From IMG/VR virus record IMGVR_UViG_3300030037_000034, positions 1 through 35,979 of that record: a stretch of 35,979 nucleotides of DNA. One strand, given 5' to 3'. The stretch comes from a virus (Duplodnaviria; Caudoviricetes). Positions 20,214-28,194 of the stretch are shown one piece after another (position 1 is the first letter of the stretch; the number at the start of each line of letters is the position of its first letter). The notes under the pieces are model-generated. The model ran no database searches. It saw only the letters and a program-made list of their open reading frames with translations, and had not been told where the DNA came from. The translations under genes were made by a program, and so were the position numbers.

Positions 20214-20721
20214 ACTTTCTACGATACTCAGAAACAAATTCTCTGAGGCGATCAGCGGTTGCAATTCTAATCCTTCTGCACTCGACATCGATTTTATTTT
20301 TGCACTTCGCTGGCTCATTTATCCCCAAAACCTCAGGCGCTAAACGCGCACCAAGCCCATTAAGCTCTCTACCAAAGATAGTCCCTATGGAAAACATAAA
20401 CTGGCCAACCTCATCCAAACCTATTACCAATTCCTCCGCCTTATCAGCTTCAACCTCCGCCTTCCTACGCTTAGCTATAGACGTTAATAGCTCCTCACCA
20501 TCCCTAGTACCTGCTTTTGGTGGTCCCATATCATCATCACCAACCTGCCTTTTAACCTCACGCGAAATCATCCAATCGATTGCTTTCATCGTGTCGATCA
20601 TTACAGGCTTACCCCGTCCACCACCACCCTCCGTTGGCATCCCTTCCTTAATCCACTCACCAACCCACTTAGCGGACTTACCCACGATAGACGCAAACTC
20701 ATTACGATTAACTATCGACAT
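20155..20721 (-). CDS. terS: Terminase small subunit (Nu1-like)
   Basis: VNRNEFASIVGKSAKWVGEWIKEGMP winged-HTH followed by a coiled coil. Confidence 0.88.
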   Translation of the reverse strand: MSIVNRNEFASIVGKSAKWVGEWIKEGMPTEGGGGRGKPVMIDTMKAIDWMISREVKRQVGDDDMGPPKAGTRDGEELLTSIAKRRKAEVEADKAEELVIGLDEVGQFMFSIGTIFGRELNGLGARLAPEVLGINEPAKCKNKIDVECRRIRIATADRLREFVSEYRRKYGRNGGLTADKECGGVGDK

Positions 20722-20930
20722 CAAACACACCAATAAATGTACAAATGTAAGAAAGGACAAAATACCAATTTAACAACTAGCAACTTTTTCAGATTGTCCT
20801 TTGTTTTGAACCCTAATTTTAAGATGCAAAACAAAAGAACCCCTTATAACAAGCGGCCCCAGACCCCCCACCCTGAAAAAACCAAAAAGGAAGAAAGGAC
20901 TACTTTTAAAATATTAAAACGACGCAAAGG

Positions 20931-20975
20931 CCGCGAGTCATGTACCCGTAAGGAAAAATACCCAGCAAAGTACCT
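20931..20975 (-). other. Putative cos site (cosQ-like plus cosN-like)
   Basis: Minus strand AGGTACT-17 nt-TTACG-GGTACATGACT-CGCGG compared with lambda GGGTCCT...TTACG-GGGCGGCGACCT-CGCGG; ~210 bp upstream of terS. Confidence 0.75.
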
Positions 20976-20982
20976 ACGCGGT

Positions 20983-21004
20983 GAGGGGGGAGAATCCCCC
21001 CCTC
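20983..21004. other. GC-rich hairpin between lysis genes and cos
   Basis: GAGGGGGG-AGAATC-CCCCCCTC. Confidence 0.45.
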
Positions 21005-21044
21005 TGACGATGGCATAAAACGAAGCTGCAGCACGCCAACGCCA

Positions 21045-21284
21045 CTACCGAACCAACACACACTGACGCAATTGCTCTATGTATACGGCTATCTGAGACA
21101 TCTCAGAGCGAGGTATAAAAAAACCATTTTTGGTTTCAACCATCCCCTCTATTGCCGGTGGAGTTGCTACACACCTTCTGCTCTGAATCGATGGGCTCAG
21201 GCTTTCGCACCCGACCAAGACCGCGAAGATATGCGCCAGGGTCATCACGCGCAACCAACATCCTATCTTGCCTCTTAATCTCAT
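21045..21284 (-). CDS. Putative o-spanin lipoprotein (start uncertain)
   Basis: Lipobox LVGC after a hydrophobic stretch, Pro-rich segment, extra Cys; overlaps the upstream gene in another frame. Confidence 0.6.
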   Translation of the reverse strand: MRLRGKIGCWLRVMTLAHIFAVLVGCESLSPSIQSRRCVATPPAIEGMVETKNGFFIPRSEMSQIAVYIEQLRQCVLVR

Positions 21285-21351
21285 CGTCTCGCCTTTTCAT
21301 CTGAACCAATGACTCAACAAAAACAACAAGTAACCGCATAAATAAAGTCAT
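21136..21351 (-). CDS. Putative i-spanin-like protein
   Basis: Hydrophobic N-terminus, charged helix, single C-terminal Cys. Confidence 0.5.
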   Translation of the reverse strand: MTLFMRLLVVFVESLVQMKRRDDEIKRQDRMLVARDDPGAYLRGLGRVRKPEPIDSEQKVCSNSTGNRGDG

Positions 21352-21629
21352 TAGCCATCTCCACCCGATGGCTTACTGTTTTTTGCGTTACCATAATTCG
21401 CTGCTATAACATCAATCAACACCCTCACCCAAGGGGGCCAAGACCCTGTAACAGATGCAGGCAAGCGCGTCACCATATGCGCTACACCATAAAGAACTGT
21501 TGTAGCAACACCAAAAGCACCCATCAGGTAATCTTCAGACACTGCCAACCCAACCGCCTCATCTGCCATTGCAAATGAGGCCAGCAAGCAGCCAACCAAT
21601 AAAACAAGAACACTAATCAACTTGCGCAT
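21351..21629 (-). CDS. Small membrane protein, holin/antiholin candidate
   Basis: Signal-peptide-like N-terminus (AMA-DE) plus further hydrophobic segments; lies within the lysis cassette. Confidence 0.55.
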   Translation of the reverse strand: MRKLISVLVLLVGCLLASFAMADEAVGLAVSEDYLMGAFGVATTVLYGVAHMVTRLPASVTGSWPPWVRVLIDVIAANYGNAKNSKPSGGDG

Positions 21630-22150
21630 TTAATTTCCTCCATTAACTCATTTTCAAAAATTTCATTAATCCCCGCCTTTTTACATCTATGTAAGTACTC
21701 CTCGGGCGAGCCCTTACCCTTCGTCGAGTTGTAGTGAACTTTCCAATACTTAGCGCGATCTGCCTGCCTTTCTGGAATTTGTTGCAAAACAACCTGATAA
21801 CGAACTCTACAAAAAATGAACGCAAGCAACGGTGACAAAGCTAAATCAGAATACTTAAGCTTAGCAAGATCAATCCCGAACGATTCTTTTAACTTCTCAT
21901 TCAATTCACGGCTTTTATATTTCTCAACCAACCAATCAAACGTTCCCTCATCAACTTGAGTAAGACCTACACCAGCGACATGAGTATGCCTATCAGGATA
22001 AGCGCCAATCATAGTTTCAGCCGCCGCTGTCTCCATAAGCAACTGAACAGCCGTGCCGTTCCTGCCGTGACCAAGGACATCACAAACCGCTTTAGCTATC
22101 TCTAAAGCAATCCGCACACTAACCAATCCATAACCTATAAAATCTCTCAT
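21617..22150 (-). CDS. Putative endolysin (lysozyme-like fold)
   Basis: TAAAET (candidate catalytic Glu), GLTQ, YWKVHYN motifs; lysis-cassette position. Confidence 0.65.
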   Translation of the reverse strand: MRDFIGYGLVSVRIALEIAKAVCDVLGHGRNGTAVQLLMETAAAETMIGAYPDRHTHVAGVGLTQVDEGTFDWLVEKYKSRELNEKLKESFGIDLAKLKYSDLALSPLLAFIFCRVRYQVVLQQIPERQADRAKYWKVHYNSTKGKGSPEEYLHRCKKAGINEIFENELMEEIKCAS

Positions 22151-22419
22151 TACGCTGCATTCCTCGCATTCATCTCAAGCAAACTACTTATATTTTTTTC
22201 AACACGCTCCAGCAACTCTTTAACCGAACCTATCTCCGATTCAAGCCGACTAACAGAAACATACTCAGTTGCAACTTTAAGCTCATGATCTTTTTGGCTC
22301 TCAGAAACCTTAACTATAAAATCGTTATTCTTTCCCATTTGCCGCCACACAACACCAAGCAAACCGCCAATCACTGTTATCATTAGAGCAAAAAAACCAA
22401 AAAGAACATTAACATCCAT
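22150..22419 (-). CDS. Single-TM protein, holin candidate
   Basis: N-terminal TM helix plus coiled coil; first gene of the late operon. Confidence 0.5.
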   Translation of the reverse strand: MDVNVLFGFFALMITVIGGLLGVVWRQMGKNNDFIVKVSESQKDHELKVATEYVSVSRLESEIGSVKELLERVEKNISSLLEMNARNAA

Positions 22420-22436
22420 TACTAAACCCCAGACAC

Positions 22437-22459
22437 AAAAAAACCGGCACTAAGCCGGT
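22437..22459 (-). terminator. Second intrinsic terminator in the late leader
   Basis: Minus strand ACCGGC-TTAGT-GCCGGT-TTTTTT. Confidence 0.7.
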
Positions 22460-22526
22460 ATCAAAACACCACACCACAAGTACAGCACGCTAAATAATTA
22501 CATATCAATCACCAATTAACAGGCAT

Positions 22527-22553
22527 AAAAAAACCGCCTCAAGTGGGCGGTTT
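22527..22553 (-). terminator. tR'-like terminator
   Basis: Minus strand AAACCGCC-loop-GGCGGTTTTTTT, ~20 nt after the predicted start site. Confidence 0.82.
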
Positions 22554-22578
22554 ATATATTTGTGTTCACAATAACAAA

Positions 22579-22607
22579 ATACTACCAAACGGCGTGCCAT
22601 TTGTAAA
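22579..22607 (-). promoter_or_regulatory. Late promoter (pR'-like)
   Basis: TTTACA-17 nt-TAGTAT upstream of two terminators and the lysis, head and tail genes. Confidence 0.78.
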
Positions 22608-22651
22608 CACAATTAATAGTTGTTAAATCTAAATTTCGAAAAATACGCGCC

Positions 22652-22855
22652 TTATAAAATCCAATCAAATAAAATTGCCGCCGAAGCCGCACCCGCTAGG
22701 TACGATACAAACAGCAGTAGTTTGATAGGTTGCTTTATTTGAACGACATTGTTCTTGATCTCGTTCCCGTTTAGAAAGAGCTTCCCATTTCTTGACTCGA
22801 ATCTATTACCGTTTGTTTCTACTATTGAATGACCCATATAGTTATTCCTCGACAT
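22652..22855 (-). CDS. Hypothetical protein with C-terminal TM segment
   Basis: 67 aa; 1-bp overlap with the upstream gene. Confidence 0.65.
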   Translation of the reverse strand: MSRNNYMGHSIVETNGNRFESRNGKLFLNGNEIKNNVVQIKQPIKLLLFVSYLAGAASAAILFDWIL

Positions 22856-23157
22856 TACTTCGCGTTGAATTGGCCTGCTGCTTCACAAACCGCTTTCTTA
22901 TATTCTTCTAGCTTCGATAGCTGAAAGGGGAGGGTTGTATCTATTGTTTTAAATAGACTGGTCAACCCTTTCTCATGCGGCTGGATGTAATGCTGCCCTA
23001 ACATCTTGTGGTAGCCTTTCAAAAACGGCTCAATGCCGTACTTCGTCATCTCATTTAGAGCCGCCGCTTCTTGCTCTGAAAGCTCAAGAGTAATGACTGC
23101 TTTGAATAATAAATTTGCTTTGGCTTTAGCTTGAGCCATAACTATTTCTCCCGACAA
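22855..23157 (-). CDS. Hypothetical protein
   Basis: ~95-100 aa; GGGAG precedes the MAQAK ATG, which is the likelier start. Confidence 0.7.
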   Translation of the reverse strand: MSGEIVMAQAKAKANLLFKAVITLELSEQEAAALNEMTKYGIEPFLKGYHKMLGQHYIQPHEKGLTSLFKTIDTTLPFQLSKLEEYKKAVCEAAGQFNAK

Positions 23158-23241
23158 ATAAGATATTTAGGTGGCAACGGAACAGCCCGACCATGTTAAT
23201 AGGGCAGCTAAAGATACTGCCGGTGTTGCTGCCCGTTGCCA

Positions 23242-23574
23242 TTATTTTCCTATATTAAGTAGTGATTTTTCGACAGTTTTACCACATGAATTTCCATTAA
23301 TCTCTATGTAACCAACCAATGTATTATCCTTTTTCTTTAAATCGCATTTTCTACACTCCCCCTCGCTATCTTTTTTTATCCAGTTATAAACCGCCCACCT
23401 ATTCCAATGAATGGGACTCTCATCTTCAACACCATTCTTTATGTAGAAAAAGTGAGAGTGGTCACTATTCAGCAAAAGCGCGTAACCTTCTGGAGTCGTT
23501 ACTATTCCCAGTCTATTACTGTAATCGACACACCCAGAATCCAAATAATACTGCAATTGCTTCTTAAAACCCAT
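23242..23574 (-). CDS. Hypothetical protein
   Basis: GAGGG upstream of ATG23574 (MGFKKQ...). Confidence 0.6.
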   Translation of the reverse strand: MGFKKQLQYYLDSGCVDYSNRLGIVTTPEGYALLLNSDHSHFFYIKNGVEDESPIHWNRWAVYNWIKKDSEGECRKCDLKKKDNTLVGYIEINGNSCGKTVEKSLLNIGK

Positions 23575-23692
23575 AACCCAAACCCTCGACAATTACGCGT
23601 TTAATTGTTGTCCGCTCAATGCGTGCAGGCCGCCTCTGCTTGCACCCAGAAAGCCCCAGCAAAGGGGCTCATCAAGACAGCTTATTTCAATA

Positions 23693-23944
23693 CTAATATT
23701 CTATGTTTTCCATCCAAGGTCTATTTGCAAATTTATACCAAGAAAATTTATTATGTGACCATATTTCTAGTCCACAAAAAGCAATTTGAAACTGACCCGC
23801 TAATGTCCATATATGAAACCACTTTCGAACAAATGAAAACAGATATAGTTTGTCACCATAAACAAACACAAATATATTTCTTCTAAAATCACTATGCGTC
23901 TGCTGACCCTCATACAACCAAAAAAAGTGCATTCTCTTAAACAT
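23693..23944 (-). CDS. Hypothetical aromatic-rich protein
   Basis: Start overlaps the upstream stop; co-oriented with the operon. Confidence 0.5.
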   Translation of the reverse strand: MFKRMHFFWLYEGQQTHSDFRRNIFVFVYGDKLYLFSFVRKWFHIWTLAGQFQIAFCGLEIWSHNKFSWYKFANRPWMENIEY

Positions 23945-24224
23945 TACCAGCCCTCAATTCAAACAATCTCTCGTTATAATGATCCACAGAGATAACGCCA
24001 TCACCCAACAAACGCAAAAGAGCCGCCTCCTGAAAACCACCCTCCAAAGCAAAATCAACACGACTATTAAATACCTTCATACAACTCTCAGTAAAGGAAT
24101 CACGCCGACCAACAAAAAAACCACCACATGTTATTAAATCCGCAAGCACTGAAAAAGGTAACAACACAAGGCTAAAAACAATCAAAATATAATTTGTTTT
24201 ATTTTTCTCTGTTTTTCCACTCAT
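23937..24224 (-). CDS. Hypothetical membrane protein
   Basis: One hydrophobic segment; GAGGA upstream of the start region. Confidence 0.55.
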   Translation of the reverse strand: MSGKTEKNKTNYILIVFSLVLLPFSVLADLITCGGFFVGRRDSFTESCMKVFNSRVDFALEGGFQEAALLRLLGDGVISVDHYNERLFELRAGNV

Positions 24225-24351
24225 TGAACTCATCCTCACCCATCTCTAGATAATAATTGCTTGACCAAATAAATTGAGCAAATTGATTTCCACTATTCAC
24301 AGCACAAAAATGCCGCCACCTCATCATCTTCAACACATGACCGTTATGCAT
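24199..24351 (-). CDS. Small hypothetical protein
   Basis: ATG24351 overlaps the upstream stop (ATGCATAA). Confidence 0.45.
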   Translation of the reverse strand: MHNGHVLKMMRWRHFCAVNSGNQFAQFIWSSNYYLEMGEDEFNEWKNREK

Positions 24352-24649
24352 GCTCAAGACTCCGAAAAGACTTACCCAACAAACCAACATCTGTAACCGA
24401 CCTTAAGCGCCTAACGTTTCTTGGCAACACTGCCCACGCCACATAGTCAAAGCTATCAGCAAAAAGAGACTCACCCGCCGATATAAAGTGATCAAAATTA
24501 TTTAAAACATCAAATGCCGCTACAGCAATTTTAAAATCACCCGACGATCCAAACAAAATATAACTATCAGGAACACCATCATTCAAAGGCTTTTCATTTG
24601 CTGAAAAAAATTCTATATCAAACAATTGAGAATCTGCTACTCGTGCCAT
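24344..24649 (-). CDS. Hypothetical protein
   Basis: 101 aa overlapping the rdgC end; GGAGG upstream. Confidence 0.65.
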   Translation of the reverse strand: MARVADSQLFDIEFFSANEKPLNDGVPDSYILFGSSGDFKIAVAAFDVLNNFDHFISAGESLFADSFDYVAWAVLPRNVRRLRSVTDVGLLGKSFRSLEHA

Positions 24650-25548
24650 TGCCTATCCACCTCCAAAACAACAAGTAAGTGATCAAGCAACATATCAATC
24701 ATTCCACCCATCAGAACAAAGTCAGTATCAAACCTCACTGCAGGGTCTTCTGATTCACTGCCATTACTGGCTATATATTCCTTATCCCATTTAATGCCCT
24801 TTAGCTTAACCTCATCCGTTAAATTAAATCCAAAAGCACCATTTGCAAACATCTCTAATTCGCGTACCTTTTTTCCTGATTCAATATGCACACAAACCTC
24901 ATCAGAGAAATAATCTACACCCTTAAGCTTTGCAACATTTGAATCATCACCCTCAAGCGTTATATTTGACCCAAATGATATACCCTCTAACGCTTCAATA
25001 TCATAATCAGCATCAATCCAACCCGTCATTAATGTGGAGTATTCCGTCTTTCCTTGAAATGGGATTATTGGAAGACTGCCCAAGCAATGGCGCAACAAAG
25101 CACAAAATTCTATAGCTGATTTTTCAGATGATGTATTAATAACTAGCCACTTCTTATCTGTCGATATATAACCGCTCAAATAAGTATCTTTGGTATGGCT
25201 ACGAGGCAACAAAGACGCAATCACATCATCTTTAATACCAGCCCGCTCCTTTCTAAAAACTTTTCTATCCTGTCTAGCCTCAAGCTCCTCAACTTTCTTA
25301 TCTACTGCTTTATTAATCACCGACGATGGAAGCAGCCTTTCTTGTACTTTTAGAGTAATCAAAACACGACCCTCAGAAGCCAAAATCATATCCTCACCAC
25401 CGCACTCGTGAAGAGGGGGAATCCAGCCCATTTTCTTCTGATCTTGATTCCCACAAGGCACAAAAGAACTATTACCAAGCTTTTCTGAAAAATCACTCAG
25501 ATCCAAATTTTTCGTTATTTCATACGCAAACACATTTTTAAAAAACAT
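24637..25548 (-). CDS. rdgC: Recombination-associated protein RdgC
   Basis: MFFKN...F.PCG.QD....GW.PPL, ERLLP.SVI, LLPR, LGSLP, RFDTDF.LM; 303 aa. Confidence 0.93.
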   Translation of the reverse strand: MFFKNVFAYEITKNLDLSDFSEKLGNSSFVPCGNQDQKKMGWIPPLHECGGEDMILASEGRVLITLKVQERLLPSSVINKAVDKKVEELEARQDRKVFRKERAGIKDDVIASLLPRSHTKDTYLSGYISTDKKWLVINTSSEKSAIEFCALLRHCLGSLPIIPFQGKTEYSTLMTGWIDADYDIEALEGISFGSNITLEGDDSNVAKLKGVDYFSDEVCVHIESGKKVRELEMFANGAFGFNLTDEVKLKGIKWDKEYIASNGSESEDPAVRFDTDFVLMGGMIDMLLDHLLVVLEVDRQWHE

Positions 25549-25914
25549 CTATACCACTCCTCCAATTGCAATACATTGCTCATTCCAAACCCTAACCAAC
25601 TCTTCATAACGCTCCATCCATGAGGCCGACACTGCCGCCTCATTTCTTGCATTGCTTCTATGCCAAGCCGTGACTGCAGCCTGTAAATCTGAATAAGGAA
25701 CTATGCTAAAACCACACTTTGGACAATGAAACGTAAAAGACTCATAACGCCCACCAATCTTTGTACCTGCAGGAGCCTCTGTAATCCCCTTGTAGACACC
25801 TGAGTTATACCCAAGCTTTGGCTCTGTCTCGCAACCCAAACAACCGCGCATAGGAGCATGAACTTTCATAACTGATGTTATCCACGCAATGCGCTCCTTT
25901 TTACTTACACACAT
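25549..25914 (-). CDS. Zn-ribbon protein (CxxC...CxxC, Lar-like layout)
   Basis: CLGC and CPKCG followed by AVTAW. Confidence 0.55.
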   Translation of the reverse strand: MCVSKKERIAWITSVMKVHAPMRGCLGCETEPKLGYNSGVYKGITEAPAGTKIGGRYESFTFHCPKCGFSIVPYSDLQAAVTAWHRSNARNEAAVSASWMERYEELVRVWNEQCIAIGGVV

Positions 25915-26564
25915 TGCTTATACGCCTTCTCACTAGTGCCTTGATAAATGCCATCCAAGCCTGCCCTATCCGCTGTAGACAACAGGCTATGCATCTGACG
26001 CCAAAAAGGTAACCAATCCCGCCGCCACTGGTGCCCACTAATCTCAAGCAGCTCTATAACTCTTGATGGGCCATGTAGATCAGATCCATGTAAATTTGAG
26101 TACTTCCAGTTTTGCATGGCCAGAAAAACCATATTTTTTAGTACCCGCTCTTTCTTAGCTCTAAACTTCTTTTTCTGATCATTTAGAAACGCCTGCCATA
26201 AGCTGCGAGCAACCAACTCCACATACGACCATTCACAATTATCTGCATAGGCAAAACGAAGCAACGCGCCCCTCGCCTCTGGTAACATATTTAAAACCCT
26301 GATTATCTGAACAGAAAAAAATGCATTAGGGGGCAACGGGCAACTACTCCGCTTAACTGATCTTGACGAACTTGCGTGTAAGGGATCGATTGCAAAATTG
26401 ATATTTTCTTCAGAGACAGAATCAACCCAATTGCCGGACCTTCCAAACTTGTCACCGCCAACACTTGCAAGGTCTATGTTCATAGGGCTATTTGTTCGAA
26501 CGTCTACACTTAGCGCTGATACAACATTGCCACGCAACCATTGAGCTGTCCTTTCATCAATCAC
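25905..26564 (-). CDS. Q: Antitermination protein Q (N15-like)
   Basis: Downstream of cro; CPLPP..F, L...Y, W..F, C-terminal HTH with W.RDW...W; a pR'/tR' module lies downstream. Confidence 0.75.
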   Translation of the reverse strand: MIDERTAQWLRGNVVSALSVDVRTNSPMNIDLASVGGDKFGRSGNWVDSVSEENINFAIDPLHASSSRSVKRSSCPLPPNAFFSVQIIRVLNMLPEARGALLRFAYADNCEWSYVELVARSLWQAFLNDQKKKFRAKKERVLKNMVFLAMQNWKYSNLHGSDLHGPSRVIELLEISGHQWRRDWLPFWRQMHSLLSTADRAGLDGIYQGTSEKAYKQCV

Positions 26565-26590
26565 AGTGCTACCCCTAAAATGGTTAAATA

Positions 26591-27208
26591 TTATTTTGTA
26601 CTTTTGGTATTTTGTACATTTGTTGGAATAAACATTTGTACAAATATAGACGCCCTCTCATTAGTTAGATCAACAGCCGCTGAAAGCGCCAACAACTGCT
26701 TAAAAGAAACCTCCACAACATCAACAATTTCATTTGCTAGCGCTAACAATTCCTCAGGGCTATCATCTGAATCATATTTTCCATCAGCAGCCACGCCGGA
26801 ACCGGCGCTCATAACATCCGCAACCTCTCTAAACAGTGACGGCAAATCAGCCTTATACTCAGCCACCTCCATATCAACTGGCGACACATCCATAACCCCA
26901 GCTTGAGCAAAGAAATCTTTACGCGCTTTCGAACCATAAGGCTCGGGCAAAACATCAAGCCATGGCCACAACCAACAAAGAGGGATCTTTGTTTTCCCAT
27001 TCAACACTGAGTTGATTTGTCTAACCTTGGCTGAACGCCACTTCTCATAATCTTCTGCAGTTTTAGGCTCATCATCTTCAACAACCCCGCTCTCTGTCAG
27101 TGCTGGCAATAGCAACTCATGAACAAATTTAGACTGACTACATGAGCTATTTGCAATCATTTGATTAGCGTAATAAAGCAAGATTTCATCAGGCGAGTTA
27201 TGCAACAT
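26591..27208 (-). CDS. YdaT/CII-like protein
   Basis: Overlaps the cro end; QI..VLNG..K.P......W...LPEPY and DG..D..D patterns. Confidence 0.5.
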   Translation of the reverse strand: MLHNSPDEILLYYANQMIANSSCSQSKFVHELLLPALTESGVVEDDEPKTAEDYEKWRSAKVRQINSVLNGKTKIPLCWLWPWLDVLPEPYGSKARKDFFAQAGVMDVSPVDMEVAEYKADLPSLFREVADVMSAGSGVAADGKYDSDDSPEELLALANEIVDVVEVSFKQLLALSAAVDLTNERASIFVQMFIPTNVQNTKSTK

Positions 27209-27452
27209 TCTTACTATTTCCTGTAAAGTGGTCTGGGTATAAGATTTGAGTCTGAGTTAACGCACCCTTAAAATATCCAACCAATGCATCGACAACTGGA
27301 CGCCGTGGCCAAACCTTACCTCGCTCCAACAAGGACAAATATGCAGGTGTACAATTCTCACCTTGCTCCTCCATAACTTCAGACAAGTCAATCAGCCTCA
27401 TCCCCTCTTGCTTTCTCACCCTTCTTAAGGGGCTATTTTCAACACTCTCCAT
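27198..27452 (-). CDS. cro: Cro-like HTH regulator
   Basis: SPLRRVR...LS.LERG..WP XRE HTH; divergent from the repressor gene. Confidence 0.85.
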   Translation of the reverse strand: MESVENSPLRRVRKQEGMRLIDLSEVMEEQGENCTPAYLSLLERGKVWPRRPVVDALVGYFKGALTQTQILYPDHFTGNSKNVA

Positions 27453-27460
27453 ATCTAGTC

Positions 27461-27508
27461 ATTCCCGTATTCGCGATCATATATAAGAATAATAGCGGAT
27501 ACGGGAAT
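27461..27508. promoter_or_regulatory. Repressor operators and cro promoter
   Basis: Inverted 17-mers at 27461-27477 (ATTCCCGTATTCGCGAT) and 27492-27508 match 15/17. Minus strand TTGATT-16 nt-TATTAT spans the second. Confidence 0.75.
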
Positions 27509-27547
27509 TAAATCAAACTTAATATGCTTATTGGGTAAGATGTTGCT

Positions 27548-28189
27548 ATGGATATAGGATCGATAATCAGACAAGCCCGTTTAGATAGCGGCCTAGCGAT
27601 GAAAACAGTGGAAGCGGCAACAGGAATCATTGCTTCAACTCAATCTAAAATTGAGTTAGGTGAGACAGTCCAACCTGCATTTACAGTCATTGCCAGACTA
27701 GCCAAATACTACAATCTAAGTCTTGATGGTATTTACGAAGCTATGAGCACTAGTGAAAACAGCAACTTAGTTGCTGCCAATGCTAGGAAAACAATCCAAC
27801 TACCTGTTATTTCGTGGTCGAGAGCTGGAAAAAAGGGAATTACAAGGGCAGATCATGAAGGACACGTTATACCCTCGCCGTTTAATTGCTCCTCTGACGC
27901 CTACGCTTTAGAGATTAAAGATGAGAGTATGGCCTCGATTTCAGGCCAATCTAATAGCTTTCATGAGCACTCAGTTATCGTTGTGGAACCCAAAGCCAAA
28001 GCCAACCATAAAAGCCTAATTATTGTAAAAACAGAGGGCTCTACAGAGGCTACATTTAGACAGTTAATCATTGATTCTACAGGAAAACACCTTAAGCCCA
28101 TTAACCCCCAATACCCCCTATCAACACTTAACCCTAAAGACATTGTTTGCGGTGTGGTTATTGGTCAAATCCAACGCTCAGGAACATAA
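27548..28189 (+). CDS. cI: CI/CB-like prophage repressor (XRE HTH plus S24-type domain)
   Basis: HTH, PVISW..AG, YALEI..ESM, EATFRQL, LKPINPQYP. Confidence 0.92.
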   Translation: MDIGSIIRQARLDSGLAMKTVEAATGIIASTQSKIELGETVQPAFTVIARLAKYYNLSLDGIYEAMSTSENSNLVAANARKTIQLPVISWSRAGKKGITRADHEGHVIPSPFNCSSDAYALEIKDESMASISGQSNSFHEHSVIVVEPKAKANHKSLIIVKTEGSTEATFRQLIIDSTGKHLKPINPQYPLSTLNPKDIVCGVVIGQIQRSGT

Positions 28190-28194
28190 AAAAA

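Noticed and set aside
20159-20773. 204-aa plus-strand ORF and other long antisense ORFs (e.g. 1596-1982, 5964-6392, 15434-15862)
   Set aside because: They lie opposite recognisable genes. The T-poor plus strand has few stop codons, and the translations are low-complexity.
23172-23241. Integron attC site or c4-type antisense RNA
   Set aside because: Ends do not fit RYYYAAC/GTTRRRY, there is no integrase, and I see no c4 motifs.
26592-26647. CRISPR array or simple microsatellite
   Set aside because: Units are 8 bp, degenerate, in mixed orientation and without spacers; no cas genes.
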